Positions 42,701-54,823 of a stretch of DNA of 64,000 nucleotides are shown here, in pieces. The stretch covers positions 310,001 through 374,000 of the forward strand of contig NIVC01000195.1 of NCBI GenBank assembly GCA_002269645.1, read 5' to 3'. Position 1 is the stretch's first letter; every line of letters begins with the position of its first letter. This DNA comes from Macrostomum lignano. Taxonomy: Eukaryota. Below the pieces are notes generated by a model that worked only from the letters and a program-made list of their open reading frames with translations, was not told the DNA's origin and made no database searches. The translations under genes were made by a program, and so were the position numbers.

Positions 42701-45230
42701 ACCATTTGGGTGCTGGTCGCGGCGCAGCTGGCCGGCCTGTTCGCCGTCTCCGTCACCTTCACCGCCGCCGTCCGCTTCCTGATCGGCCTGGGCGCGCTGT
42801 CATCGTACTCGGTGGCGTACGTCATGATCTTCGAGTTCGTTGGACCGAAGGCGCGGCACCATGTGGCTGCGGTGTTCGGCTACAGCTGGTCACTCGGCAC
42901 CGCGGCGGTCGCGCTGATGGCCTACCTGACCAGGTGACTGTCCTGTCATTGCTAGTTGGTGACCCCTGCTGGCCAGGTGACTGTCCTGCCATTGCTTGTT
43001 GGTGACCCCTGCTGACCAGGTGACTGTCCTGCCATTGCTTGTTGGTGACCCCTGCTGACCAGGTGACTGTCCTGTCATTGCTTGTTGGTGACCCCTGCTG
43101 ACCAGGTGACTGTCCTGCCATTGCCAGTTGGTGACCCCTGCTGACCAGGTGACTGTCCTATCATTGCTTGTTGGTGACCCCTGCTGACCCAGTGACCCAT
43201 AAACCGTTGATCAAAAACCCGCTGCTCCCTCGGCTCCACAGGTCCTGGCGCAACTATGCCATCGCCTCGCTAGTGCCGACCTTAGCGGTGCTGCTGCTGG
43301 TGCACCTGCCCTTCATGGCGCCGGAGACTCCGCGCTGGCTGCTGTCGCGCGGCCGGAAACGCGCCGCCGGCCGCATCGTCCGCCAGATGCTGCTGGACAA
43401 CGGGCGAACCGACGAGCAGGCCAACGCCGCCGTCAAGGAGCTGCTCGGCGACAGTGGTGACGGAAAAACGACGGCGTCGGACGGTCGGCACTCGATGCGG
43501 CGGTCGCTGGGGCTGCTGGCCAGGAGCCCCCGGCTGCTGCTGCGGTACGGCATCGTCTGCTTCGACTGGTGAGGCCCAGCGAGGTCCCTCAATGGGGCCA
43601 AACGTGGCCTACGATTGGGAGTTTTGGTGCCCTGGTGTCAGACAAGGACTACCAGCAGTTACCGCTGTACACCGGTACCTGAACTGTAGATGGCGGCCTC
43701 TCTCCACAAGGAGTTCATATCCGACAGTTAGTCTTCGCAGTTTCAGATTCTCATCTAGTACTGGACTTACCGTTGTATAACAGCAACTTCTAGTGGTCCT
43801 TGGTTTCCGAATGCGGGTAGAACAGGTCTGAAGGTTGCCTGATGGCAGCTCTGGTTCAGTCTAAAATATTGCAGGTTAGGTTGCAGGTTGCAGGTTGCAG
43901 GTTGTAGGTTGCAGGTTGCAGGTTGCAGGTTGCAGGTTGCAGGTTTCAGGTTGCAGGTTGCAGGTTGCAGGTTGCAGGTTGCAGGTTTCAGGTTGCAGGT
44001 TGCAGGTTGCAGGTTGCAGGTTGCAGGTTTCAGGTTGCAGGTTGCAGGTTGCAGGTTGCAAGTTGTAGGTTGCAGGTTGCAGGTTTCAGGTTGCAGGTTG
44101 CAGGTTGCAGGTTGCAGGTTGCAGGTTGCAGGTGTAAGCTGACGAAAAACCGCATGAAGTGATGCAGGAATCCGCTTGCCCAATCCCTGGAAGAATCCAG
44201 GACCAATGACCCTGAATGCGCTGCCTGTAACTTTCTCCCAGGTTCCTGGTTGTAGCTGTGTACTTCGGAATCTCAATGGGCGCCAAGAACCTGCCAGGCA
44301 GCATCTTCGTGACCTCCTGCCTTATCGGCATCGTGGATTTGCCGTCCTACCTGATCATGCACCTGGCTGCGGGCCGCCTGGGCCGCAAGACCACCTTCAT
44401 CGGGGCGGCCAGCGGCTCCGGCCTGGCGCTGCTCGGCCTGGCAGCTGCCAGCCACCTGCTTAGAGGTGAGGCTTGCGTGAACTGCTGCTGAGGCCCCTGA
44501 TGCAGTTCAGGACTGCCGCCACTTTGACTGGCTAGAATGCGAACTGGCATTTCAGATCTCACCTGGCTGATCATCGCGCTGTCCCTGCTGGGCAAGATGC
44601 TCAACTCCACCGCCTTCGCCATCATCTACATCTGGACCGGGGAGCTGTACGCCACCAACATGCGCAGCTCCGGCCTGTCCACCAGCTCCATGTGCGCCCG
44701 GTTCGGCACTCTGTTCGCTCCGCTGCTCGGCAATATTGTGAGTTCATGCCCCACTTGCACTACTACTCGCTGTCAGTTGTCAGTAGTCTGTTGCGACTGT
44801 CGCAAATCGTAAACATGTTTGGCAATCCGCCGCCCTCAGCGCGACTTCATCCCGGGCGAGTTCGGGCCGCTCGTCTCCTACGCGGTGTTCGCCGGCAGCT
44901 CCTTCCTGGCCGCCGCGATTTCCTTCGCCGTGCCGGAGACCCGGGGCGTCGACATCCCCGACTCGGTTGAGGACCTCATCAACAAAGTCAGGTGCGAGCG
45001 TAATGCGTTGCTCACCGAGAACTGTTGCTCGCTTGGGCATTCGAAGCCGTCTTTAATGCCAATGGTTTTATATCCCCGCATATCCCCGCATATCCCCGTA
45101 TATCCCCGCATATCCCCGCATATCCCCGCATATCCCCGCATATCCCCGCAGTCCGAAAACGGACGAGATCAGGATGGCGGAGGCCGCTAGCCGGCACCTA
45201 CTGGCGAAGGCCAAGGCGGAGGAGGCCTGA
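39792..45230 (+). CDS. SLC22-like organic cation/anion MFS transporter, copy 1; exons 39792-39928, 41279-41498, 41848-41951, 42673-42933, 43242-43568, 44242-44465, 44556-44737, 44840-44991, 45152-45230
   Basis: GQFGRF N-terminus, large Cys/N-glycan loop ending STLVTE|LGLVC, ADW|LGRR, PETPRWL, ELYATNMRSSG, PETRG..IPD. All nine exons join in phase. Confidence 0.92.
41953..42562. repeat. 20-bp minisatellite in SLC22-1 intron 3
   Basis: Unit GAGACTGAGACCTGACCCCT, starting directly at the donor. Confidence 0.95.
42926..43190. repeat. 43-bp array in SLC22-1 intron 4 that includes the exon end and donor
   Basis: Unit GACCAG|GTGACTGTCCTGCCATTGCTTGTTGGTGACCCCTGCT. Confidence 0.93.
43872..44132. repeat. 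7-bp satellite (GCAGGTT)n in SLC22-1 intron 5
   Basis: Direct reading. Confidence 0.95.
45070..45151. repeat. 10-bp array (TATCCCCGCA)n ending in the acceptor of SLC22-1 exon 9
   Basis: Last unit is TATCCCCGCAG|. Confidence 0.92.
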
Positions 45231-45577
45231 CTGACAGGCGGCGGACTCGAAACTCGGACCGAGGGAACTCAGTCGGGCTCCAATGCGTCTTCTTGTGTTG
45301 CTCAATTTCTCTTGTAACTTTTTACTGCACCCCATTGTGCAGCTTCTTTCTTGTGTTCCTCTGACTTCTGCTTTGCTATCCATTGCTATCCAGTGCCTCC
45401 GTGTTAGTGTATGGTCCGCGATAAAATTACAGAACTGGTTACGTATTGTGCTGTCTAGAGGCTCTGGTGCCGACCCAGAGCTCTGTTGAATTGGTTGTTA
45501 AAGTGTTTGAATTCTTTTGAGTCTTCTCGTACCGGATGGCGCTTGTAACTCCGAAAGATGGCGCACTTGTAGTTGAG

Positions 45578-46576
45578 GGGGCCCATTGATGCCAGCCAAT
45601 CACACGCGGCCCCCGCCGAGTCAGCCATCGCGAGGCAGAGATTAAGGACAGATAAGGAGAGGGGGCCCATTGATGCCAGCCAATCACATGCGGCCCCCGC
45701 CGAGTCAGCCAGCGCGAGACAGAGATTAAGGACATATAAGGAGAGGGGGGCCCATTGATGCCAGCCAATCACACGCGGCCCCCGCCGAGTCAGCCAGCGC
45801 GAGGCAGAGATTAAGGACAGATAAGGAGAGGGGGGCCCATTGATGCCAGCCAATCACATGCGGCCCCCGCCGAGTCAGCCAGCGCGAGGCAGAGATTAAG
45901 GACAGATAAGGAGAGGGGGGCCCATTGATGCCAGCCAATCACATGCGGCCCCCGCCGAGTCAGCCAGCGCGAGGCAGAGATTAAGGACAGATAAGGAGAG
46001 GGGGGCCCATTGATGCCAGCCAATCACATGCGGCCCCCGCCGAGTCAGCCAGCGCGAGGCAGAGATTAAGGACAGAAAGGAGAGGGGGGCCCATTGATGC
46101 CAGCCAATCACATGCGGCCCCCGCCGAGTCAGCCAGCGCGAGGCAGAGATTAAGGACAGATAAGGAGAGGGGGCCCATTGATGCCAGCCAATCACATGCG
46201 GCCCCCGCCGAGTCAGCCAGCGCGAGGCAGAGATTAAGGACAGATAAGGAGAGGGGGGCCCATTGATGCCAGCCAATCACATGCGGCCCCCGCCGAGTCA
46301 GCCAGCGCGAGGCAGAGATTAAGGACAGATAAGGAGAGGGGGCCCATTGATGCCAGCCAATCACATGCGGCCCCCGCCGAGTCAGCCAGCGCGAGGCAGA
46401 GATTAAGGACAGAAAGGAGAGGGGGGCCCATTGATGCCAGCCAATCACATGCGGCCCCCGCCGAGTCAGCCAGCGCGAGGCAGAGATTAAGGACAGATAA
46501 GGAGAGGGGGGCCCATTGATGCCAGCCAATCACATGCGGCCCCCGCCGAGTCAGCCAGCGCGAGGCAGAGATTAAA
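45578..46576. repeat. 85-bp minisatellite, ~12 copies, between the SLC22 paralogs
   Basis: Period of 85 visible in the ORF track. Each unit has AGCCAATCA and GGCCCCCGCC. Confidence 0.95.
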
Positions 46577-47600
46577 GAACGTATCTGTGCCATCCTTTGC
46601 TAGTGTACAACGTTCTGTGCTGTTAATTCGTTCTTGGTTCTGATCTTCTACAGGCAGAAATACCGGAATACCTGTTTTCAGGCCCAGCTGATTGACTGTC
46701 GGCCCTCGCAGTGAAATCGGCCCCTTGCATGGAGCCGCTCCTGATTGCAAAATCAAGCTTGAAAATTCTCATGCTCTAATTAAAAAGATCAAAGCAGAAC
46801 AATGTCTATTTGGACTCACTACCGACGCGCACTTGTTACACGGTTGCAGCTGAGGCTAACATTATTCAGGTGCGAGCGGCTTCATTTGCGAGTAGACTTG
46901 CCTTGTAAGCTGCCCGCTTAAACTAAAGAGAGGAAAGAGAAAAGGTGGAAACGACGAGTGCAGATGAGGCGGCCGCCGCCCCGTGCCGTGGCCACCATCA
47001 ACAATAAAGCGCCACAATGTCCAAGTGGGCTGCACCTGCTTGACTGCTTTTCAACTTGGCTTTATGGCTGCGAACAGAGAATTCTAGTAATTTTTGCAGC
47101 GATTTCGGCGCCATCATCCCGCAACCGGCGCTGAGGCAGTTCTGCCGACTGTGCTGACCGGCATGAGCATACAAGCGCGCGGATAGGCCCTGACCTTCTA
47201 ATTGTGTGTAACATGTACACACTCTCTGTGCCTTCGGGTTGGCAGAGGGCTGAGACTGAGAATTGGTCCGGAGGAAAGTCAGAAAAGGAGCCAACGCATG
47301 CTGCAAGATCTGCTGGGAGGCTGGGTAGATGTGATGGGGAGGGCGACGCAGAGGGCCCTGGAGAGCATGCAGAGCGCGGCAGGAGTGACGGCCTCACAAT
47401 GGTAAAATTGTAGCACTTGGGTTTGGCATCACCGAGCCTGCTGCTGTCTGCGGGTTTGGGCGGCGGGACAGAGAAAAGCCGGTGGCGAACAATGCCGGCC
47501 TTTCATCGCATAACTAGCGCGGCTGGTTGCTATTTCGCTTTTTTCTTTCGTTTCTCTTCTCTGCCTCGCCCTCTAAGCCCCCTGATCGCCTTCGCTGGCC

Positions 47601-50600
47601 ATGGAGCGAGTGTTTCAGCAGAACAGCCACTTCGGCCGCTTCCAGCTGAAGGTGACCGCCGTTGCGGTGCTCATCTCATTGCTGGCCGCCTTCCACATCC
47701 TGGCTCCCATCTACGTGCTGTACGACCCGCCGCAGTTCAGGTCAGGCTGAGTTGCGCCTCAGGGTCGGCTTTGTCGCCTAGGGAAGGGGGGGGGGTCGCA
47801 GCGAGATGCGCGCAAAACTTGGCCTGAAGCTTGTCGTGCGGTTCTTGAGAGCCGACCTTCAATTGCACAGCAAGTTTACCCTGTGTGAGCCTGTGCCGGC
47901 GTACGCATCCGTGTGCGAGTGCTTGCTTAGATGTCAGTAGCATTGTGCACCACTGCTCACCCAGCACCCTGAGCCCTTCGCAAGTTAACTAAGCATTTTT
48001 AGTAACCTCTTGGTTTCGGTCTCAGATTTAGACTGTCGGTCTCAGACTTAGACTGTCGGTCTCAGATTTACATGTAGACTGTCGGTCTCAGATTTAGACT
48101 GTCGGTCTCAGATTAAGACTGTCGGTCTCAGATTTAGACTGTCGGTCTCAGACTTAGACTGTCGGTCTCAGACTTAGACTGTCGGTCTCAGATTTAGACT
48201 GTCGGTCTCAGATTTAGACTGTCGGTCTCAGACTTAGACTGTCGGTCTCATATTTAGACTGTCGGTCTCAGATTTAGACTGTCGGTCTCAGATTTAGACT
48301 GTCGGTCTCAGATTTATTTAGACTGTCGGTCTCAGATTTAGACTGTCGGTCTCAGATTTAGACTGTCGGTCTCAGATTAAGACTGTCGGTCTCAGACTTA
48401 GACTGTCGGTCTCAGATTTAGACTGTCGGTCTCAGATTTAGACTGTCGGTCTCAGATTTAGACTGTCGGTCTCAGATTTAGACTGTCGGTCTAAGATTTA
48501 TTTAGACTGTCGGTCTCAGATTTAGACTGTCGGTCTAAGATTTATTTAGACTGTCGGTCTCAGATTTAGACTGTCGGTCTCAGATTTAGACTGTCGGTCT
48601 CAGATTTAGACTGTCGGTCTCAGATTTAGACTGTCGGTCTCAGATTTAGACTGTCGGTCTCAGATTTATTTAGACTGTCGGTCTCAGATTTAGACTGTCG
48701 GTCTCAGATTTAGACTGTCGGTCTCAGATTTAGACTGTCGGTCTCAGATTTATTTAGACTGTCGGTCTCAGATTTAGACTGTCGGTCTCAGATTTAGACT
48801 GTCGGTCTCAGATTTAGACTGTCGGTCTCAGATTTAGACTGTCGGTCTCAGATTTATTTAGACTGTCGGTCTCAGATTTATTTAGACTGTCGGTCTCAGA
48901 TTTAGACTGTCGGTCTCAGATTTAGACTGTCGGTCTCAGATTTAGACTGTCGGTCTCAGATTTAGACTGTCGGTCTCAGATTTAGACTGTCGGTCTCAGA
49001 TTAAGACTGTCGGTCTCAGATTTAGACTGTCGGTCTCAGATTTAGACTGTCGGCCTCGGATTAAAAATGTCGGTCTCAGATTTAGACTGTCGGTCTCAGA
49101 TTTATTTAGACTGTCGGTCTCAGATTTAGACTGTCGGTCTCAGATTTAGACTGTCGGTCTCAGATTTAGACTGTCGGCCTCGGATTTAAAATGTCGGTCT
49201 CAGATTTAGACTGTCGGTCTCAGATTTATTTAGACTGTCGGTCTCAGATTTAGACTGTCGGTCTCAGATTTAGACTGTCGGTCTCAGATTTATTTAGACT
49301 GTCGGTCTCAGATTTAGACTGTCGGTCTCAGATTTAGACTGTCGGTCTCAGATTTAGACTGTCGGTCTAAGATTTATTTAGACTGTCGGTCTCAGATTTA
49401 GACTGTCGGTCTCAGATTTAGACTGTCGGTCTCAGATTTAGACTGTCGGTCTCAGATTTAGACTGTCGGTCTCAGATTTAGACTGTCGGTCTCGGATTTA
49501 GACTGTCGGTCTCGGATTTAGACTGTCGGTCTCGGATTTAGACTGTCGGTCTCGGGTTTAAAATATCGCTCATCCTCACTGCTTCGCAGGTGCCGCCTGC
49601 CCGAGGACTCCGGCTGGCACGCCAACGACAGCCTGCTGGCACAGAGCTCCGAGCACAACGCCAGCATCCTGCAGTTCCTGCCGGAGCTGGACGCAAACGA
49701 CACGAACCTGCGACAGCATCGCTGCTTCATCCGAGTCAACGACAGCCTCCAGGCCTGCTCAGACTGGGTCTTCGACACGGAAGAGTTCGACAGCACGCTG
49801 GTCACCGAGGTAAGTCCGGCAGAGGCCTGAGGTGTCTGCAATTCAGCAGCCGTGCAGCAGTGCTCGAGAGAGCGCACGATAGCTGGAAAATCGGAGCCCG
49901 TGTGTGTCCTCAGGTCCTGATTTTGCTTTCTTTTTATATCATTTTCAGCTCGGCCTGGTCTGCGACAACAGCCACTGGGCAACCGTCATCTCAACCTGCA
50001 GCTTCGCCGGCATCCTGGTGGGAATCATGCTGTCCGGCCTCCTGGCTGACTGGTGAGAGCCGACCCGCTGGCCCCTTCAAGTCCGAGGCTTACTGAAGCC
50101 TGTAGTCAGTGCGGCCCTTCCCGAGTTTCTGGGGCTTACTGAAGCCTTTAGTCAGTCCGGACCTTCCTGAGTTTCTGGGGCTTACTGAAGCCTGTAGTCA
50201 GTGCGGCCCTTCCCGAGTTTCTGGGGCTTACTGAAGCCTGTAGTCAGTCCGGCCCTTCCCGAGTTTCTGGGGCTTACTGAAGCCTTTAGTCAGTGCGGCC
50301 CTTCCCGAGTTTCTGGGGCTTACTGAAGCCTTTAGTCAGTGCGGCCCTTCCCGAGTTTCTGGGGCTTACTGAAGCCTTTAGTCAGTGCGGCCCTTCCCGA
50401 GTTTCATTGAGCCGTGTTGCCATAGCAATCTAAGAGAATTTTACCTATCGTTACGCAACTTGCGCAGCCTTTTATGTAACTAATCGCACCAGTCGCATTC
50501 CTGACAACCACGTTGGCGAGCCAGTTTTTCAAAGTGCAGAATTATTTAGGAGCTCAGCAGCCCTTGCCGCCTTGGCGACGCTGATAAGCCGCTTCACGGC

Positions 50601-53600
50601 CCTCAGTTTCTGACTACGTTGACAAGCCTCTCTGACCCGATCCTCAGGCTGGGGCGGCGCGTCACCCTCATCGTCACGATGTGGCTGCTGACGGGGGCGC
50701 AGGTGGCCGGCCTGTTCGCCGTCTCCGTCGCCTACACCGCCACCGTCCGCTTCTTCGTCGGCTTGGGCGCGCTGTCGTCATCCACCGTCGTGTACGTCAT
50801 GATCCTCGAGTTGGTGGGGCCCAGGGCGCGGCACCACGTGACTGCGGCTTTCGGCTACGGCTGGTCGGTCGGCACCGCCATTGTGGCTCTGGTGGCCTAC
50901 CTGACCCGGTGAGACCCAGTTCTCTTGGAAACGATTTGTGCAATTTTAGCAGTATTTGTAAGTCCCACTCGAACCAGCTCTGAGCAGGGCTCAGGACTCC
51001 AGACTCAGCACAGCACAAGTGTTCAGTGCACGCAGCCAGCCAGACTTCTCTTAAGCTTGCATGGGGACTGCTCACTGATCAAGCCATGGGGAGGGCTCAC
51101 TGATCAAGCCATTGGGACTGCTCACTGATCAAGCCATGGGGAAGGGAGGGCTCACTGATCAAGCCATGGGGACTGCTCACTGATCAAGCCATGGGGAAGG
51201 GAGGGCTCACTGATCAAGCCATGGGGACTGCTCACTGATCAAGCCATGGGGAAGGGCTCACTGATCAAGCCATGGGGAGGGCTCACTGATCAAGCCATTG
51301 GGAGTGCTCACTGATCAAGCCATGGGGAAGGGCTCACTGATCAAGCCATGGGGAAGGGCTCACTGATCAAGCCATGGGGAGGGCTCACTGATCAAGCCAT
51401 GGGGAGGGCTCATTGATCAAGCCATGGGGGAGGGCTCACTGATCAACCCATGGGGAGTGCTCACTGATCAAGCCATGGGGACTGCTCACTGATCAAGCCA
51501 TGGGGAGGGCTCACGGATCAAGCCATGGGGAAGGGCTCACTGATCAAGCCATGGGGACTGCTCACTGATCAAGCCATGGGGGAGTGCTCACTGATCAAGC
51601 CATGGGGACTGCTCACTGATCAAGCCATGGGGACTGCTCACTGATCAAGCCATGGGGAAGGGCTCACTGATCAAGCCATGGGGAAGGGCTCACTAATCAA
51701 GCCATGGGGAAGGGCTCAGTGATCAAGCCATGGGGAAGGGCTCACTGATCAAGCCATGGGGAAGGGCTCACTGATCAAGCCATGGGGAAGGGCTCACTGA
51801 TCAAGCCATGGGGGAGGGCTCACTGATCAAGCCATGGGGAAGGGAGGGCTCACTGATCAAGCCATGGGGAGTGCTCACTGATCAAGCCATGGGGAAGGGC
51901 TCAGTGATCAAGCCATGGGGAAGGGCTCACTGATCAAGCCATGGGGAAGGGAGGGCTCACTGATCAAGCCATGGGGGAGGGCTCACTGATCAAGCCATGG
52001 GGGAGGGCTCACTGATCAAGCCATGGGGAAGGGCTCACTGATCAAGCCATGGGGAAGGGAGGGCTCACTGATCAAGCCATGGGGACTGCTCACTGATCAA
52101 GCCATGGGGGAGTGCTCACTGATCAAGCCATGGGGACTGCTCACTGATCAAGCCATGGGGACTGCTCACTGATCAAGCCATGGGGACTGCTCACTGATCA
52201 AGCCATGGGGGAGGGCTCACTGATCAAGCCATGGGGAAGGGAGGGCTCACTGATCAAGCCATGGGGAAGGGAGGGCTCACTGATCAAGCCATGGGGAAGG
52301 GAGGGCTCACTGATCAAGCCATGGGGAAGGGAGGGCTCACTGATCAAGCCATGGGGAAGGGCTCACTGATCAAGCCATGGGGAAGGGAGGGCTCACTGAT
52401 CAAGCCATGGGGAAGGGCTCACTGATTAAGAATTCGGGCGCGCAATAAATCTTTTCCATAGGGAATCCCTCTCGTAGTTGCTGAGCCGCCGTCTGCAAAC
52501 AGATGGCAACAATGGGCGTTGGCACTTTGATTTCAGTGAAACAAATCAAAACAGACAAAAGAATTCGCTTCTCAAGCGGCAATGCAAGCGGTCTGTCACT
52601 GCTTAAACAATGAATATTTGCCTTACGAGTAAACCCTGTCAAGCCACACTGCATTGCTGAGCAGCTCAAACAAGAGTGCACTGACCCGCTGCTCCCTCGG
52701 CTCCGCAGGTCCTGGCGCAACTATGCCATCGCCTCGCTGGTGCCGACCGTCGCGCTGCTGCTGCTGGTGCACCTGCCCTGCATGGCGCCGGAGACTCCGC
52801 GCTGGCTGCTGTCGCGCGGCCGGAAACGCGCCGCCGGCCGCATCGTCCACCAGATGCTGCTGGACAATGGGCGAACCGGCGAGCAGGCCAGAGCCGCCGT
52901 CAAGGAGCTGCTCGGCGACAGCGGCGATGAGGAGGACGACGGCAAAGCGGCGGCGTCGGACGGTCGGCACTCGATGCGGCGGTCGCTGGGGCTGCTGGCC
53001 AGGAGCCCCCGGCTGCTGCTGCGGTACGGCATCATCGGCATCGACTGGTGAGTCGGAGTGGAGCAGAGGGGACTCTGATTCAATCCCCATGTCAAGAACA
53101 CCCGCCTCCGGAATCCCACCCAGGTTCCTGGTGGCCGCAATCTACTACGGAATCTCAATGGGCGCCAAGAACCTGCCGGGCAGCATCTTCGTGACCTCCT
53201 GCCTCATCGGCATCGTGGATTTGCCGTCCTACCTGATCATGCACCTGGCCGCGGACCGCCTGGGCCGCAAGACAACCTTCATCGGGGCGGCCAGCGGCTC
53301 CGGCCTGGCGCTGGTTGGCCTCGCGATCGCCAACCACCTGGCCAAGGGTAGGCGGCCGCTGTGTTGCTGGCGGGTGTTCCCCAGAATCCCTGCTGTTTCC
53401 TGTCTTAATTACCTGAGCAGCGACCTGACAATCACGGGGGAGGGGCAGCACCACAGCTCACCGCCACTGGCGAACACCTGCATTGTTTTTAATTTATCTG
53501 ACTGCTAGTCGCGTGGCCATTGCAGATCTCACCTGGCTGATCATCGCGCTGTCCCTGCTGGGCAAGATGCTCAACTCCACCGCCTTCGCCATCATCTACA

Positions 53601-54338
53601 TCTGGACCGGGGAGCTGTACGCCACCAACATGCGCAGCTCCGGCCTGTCCACCAGCTCCATGTGCGCCCGGTTCGGCACTCTGTTCGCTCCGCTGCTCGG
53701 CAATATTGTGAGTTCATGCCCCACTTGCACTACTACTCGCTGTCAGTTGTCAGTAGTCTGTTGCGGCTGTCGCAAATCGCAAACATGTTTGGCAATCCGC
53801 CGCCCTCAGCGCGACTTCATCCCGGGCGAGTTCGGGCCGCTCGTCTCCTACGCGGTGTTCGCCGGCAGCTCCTTCCTGGCCGCCGCGATTTCCTTCGCCG
53901 TGCCGGAGACCCGGGGCGTCGCCATCCCCGACTCGGTTGAGGACCTCATCAACAATAACAGGTGCGCCCGTGAGCTTGCAGTGCCTTGTTTCCCACTGTC
54001 CTTGCGTTTAATAAAAGTACTTTCTTTTGAGTGCCCACAAGCTAGGTTGTCTATGGCCTAAACTCCAACTTTGGGTTTCAGCCCCAAACTAACTGTACTT
54101 TATTTTTATTAAACAGACGCGATCGCCCCCCAGCCGAGGTTTAACCTTTCGCTCAACTTAATCAACCATCTTCATCTTTTGGTAGCCAGCGCTACAATCT
54201 CAACTCACTGCACTCCTACAGTTTGCTCAAAATCATTGCCCTTTTTTTTCAATTCGTTCCCGCAGACTGGAAGCCGATGAAGCTGAGGAGGCTGGGGCCG
54301 CAGGTGCGGACCTGCTGGCTAAGGAAGAGAAGACCTGA
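47601..54338 (+). CDS. SLC22-like MFS transporter, copy 2; exons 47601-47740, 49590-49809, 49949-50052, 50648-50908, 52709-53047, 53124-53347, 53526-53707, 53810-53961, 54266-54338
   Basis: Same intron positions and phases as copy 1, and identical lengths for exons 2-4 and 6-8. Same SLC22 motifs; ORF intact. Confidence 0.92.
48018..49557. repeat. 20-bp minisatellite, ~75 copies, in SLC22-2 intron 1
   Basis: Unit GACTGTCGGTCTCAGATTTA with occasional TTTA insertions. Confidence 0.97.
50089..50404. repeat. 46-bp minisatellite in SLC22-2 intron 3
   Basis: Unit CTTACTGAAGCCTGTAGTCAGTGCGGCCCTTCCCGAGTTTCTGGGG. Confidence 0.93.
51060..52425. repeat. ~25-30-bp minisatellite in SLC22-2 intron 4
   Basis: Core CTCACTGATCAAGCCATGGGG plus a variable G-rich linker. 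Confidence 0.95.
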
Positions 54339-54627
54339 CGCCGCGGCAAGGACATCACAGCACTTGCCTTTGCCTGTATTCATTGTAGCTATGCGCCCTG
54401 GTCTGAGATCAGCGGCGCTTAGGAGACTGGCCAGGCCACTAACTATTTTTCACCTGCCGTCTCAAGCGACTTACTCCGACTTACAACTTCGCTCGTGCGA
54501 ATTCTGATTAACAAAATAAAACTTCTTTTATGTTACGGATTTGGGCAATTTTTTGCCAGATTTTTGTCTTGCAAACCTTGAAAAGAGAGTCCCCTCCCCA
54601 GGCGTCCCTCCTGACCCGGGCTCGGTC

Positions 54628-54823
54628 GGTACTGACCCTCGGGGTGGCTCAACCAGCTCGGGTACTGACCCTCGGGGTGGCTCAACCAGCTCGGGTACTG
54701 ACCCTCAGGGTGGCTCAACCAGCTCGGGTACTGACCCTCGGGGTGGCTCAACCAGCTCGGGTACTGACCCTCGGGGTGGCTCAACCAGCTCGGGTATTCA
54801 CCCTCAGGGTGGCTCAACCAGCT
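54628..54823. repeat. 33-bp minisatellite, ~6 copies
   Basis: Unit GGTACTGACCCTCGGGGTGGCTCAACCAGCTCG. Confidence 0.92.
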
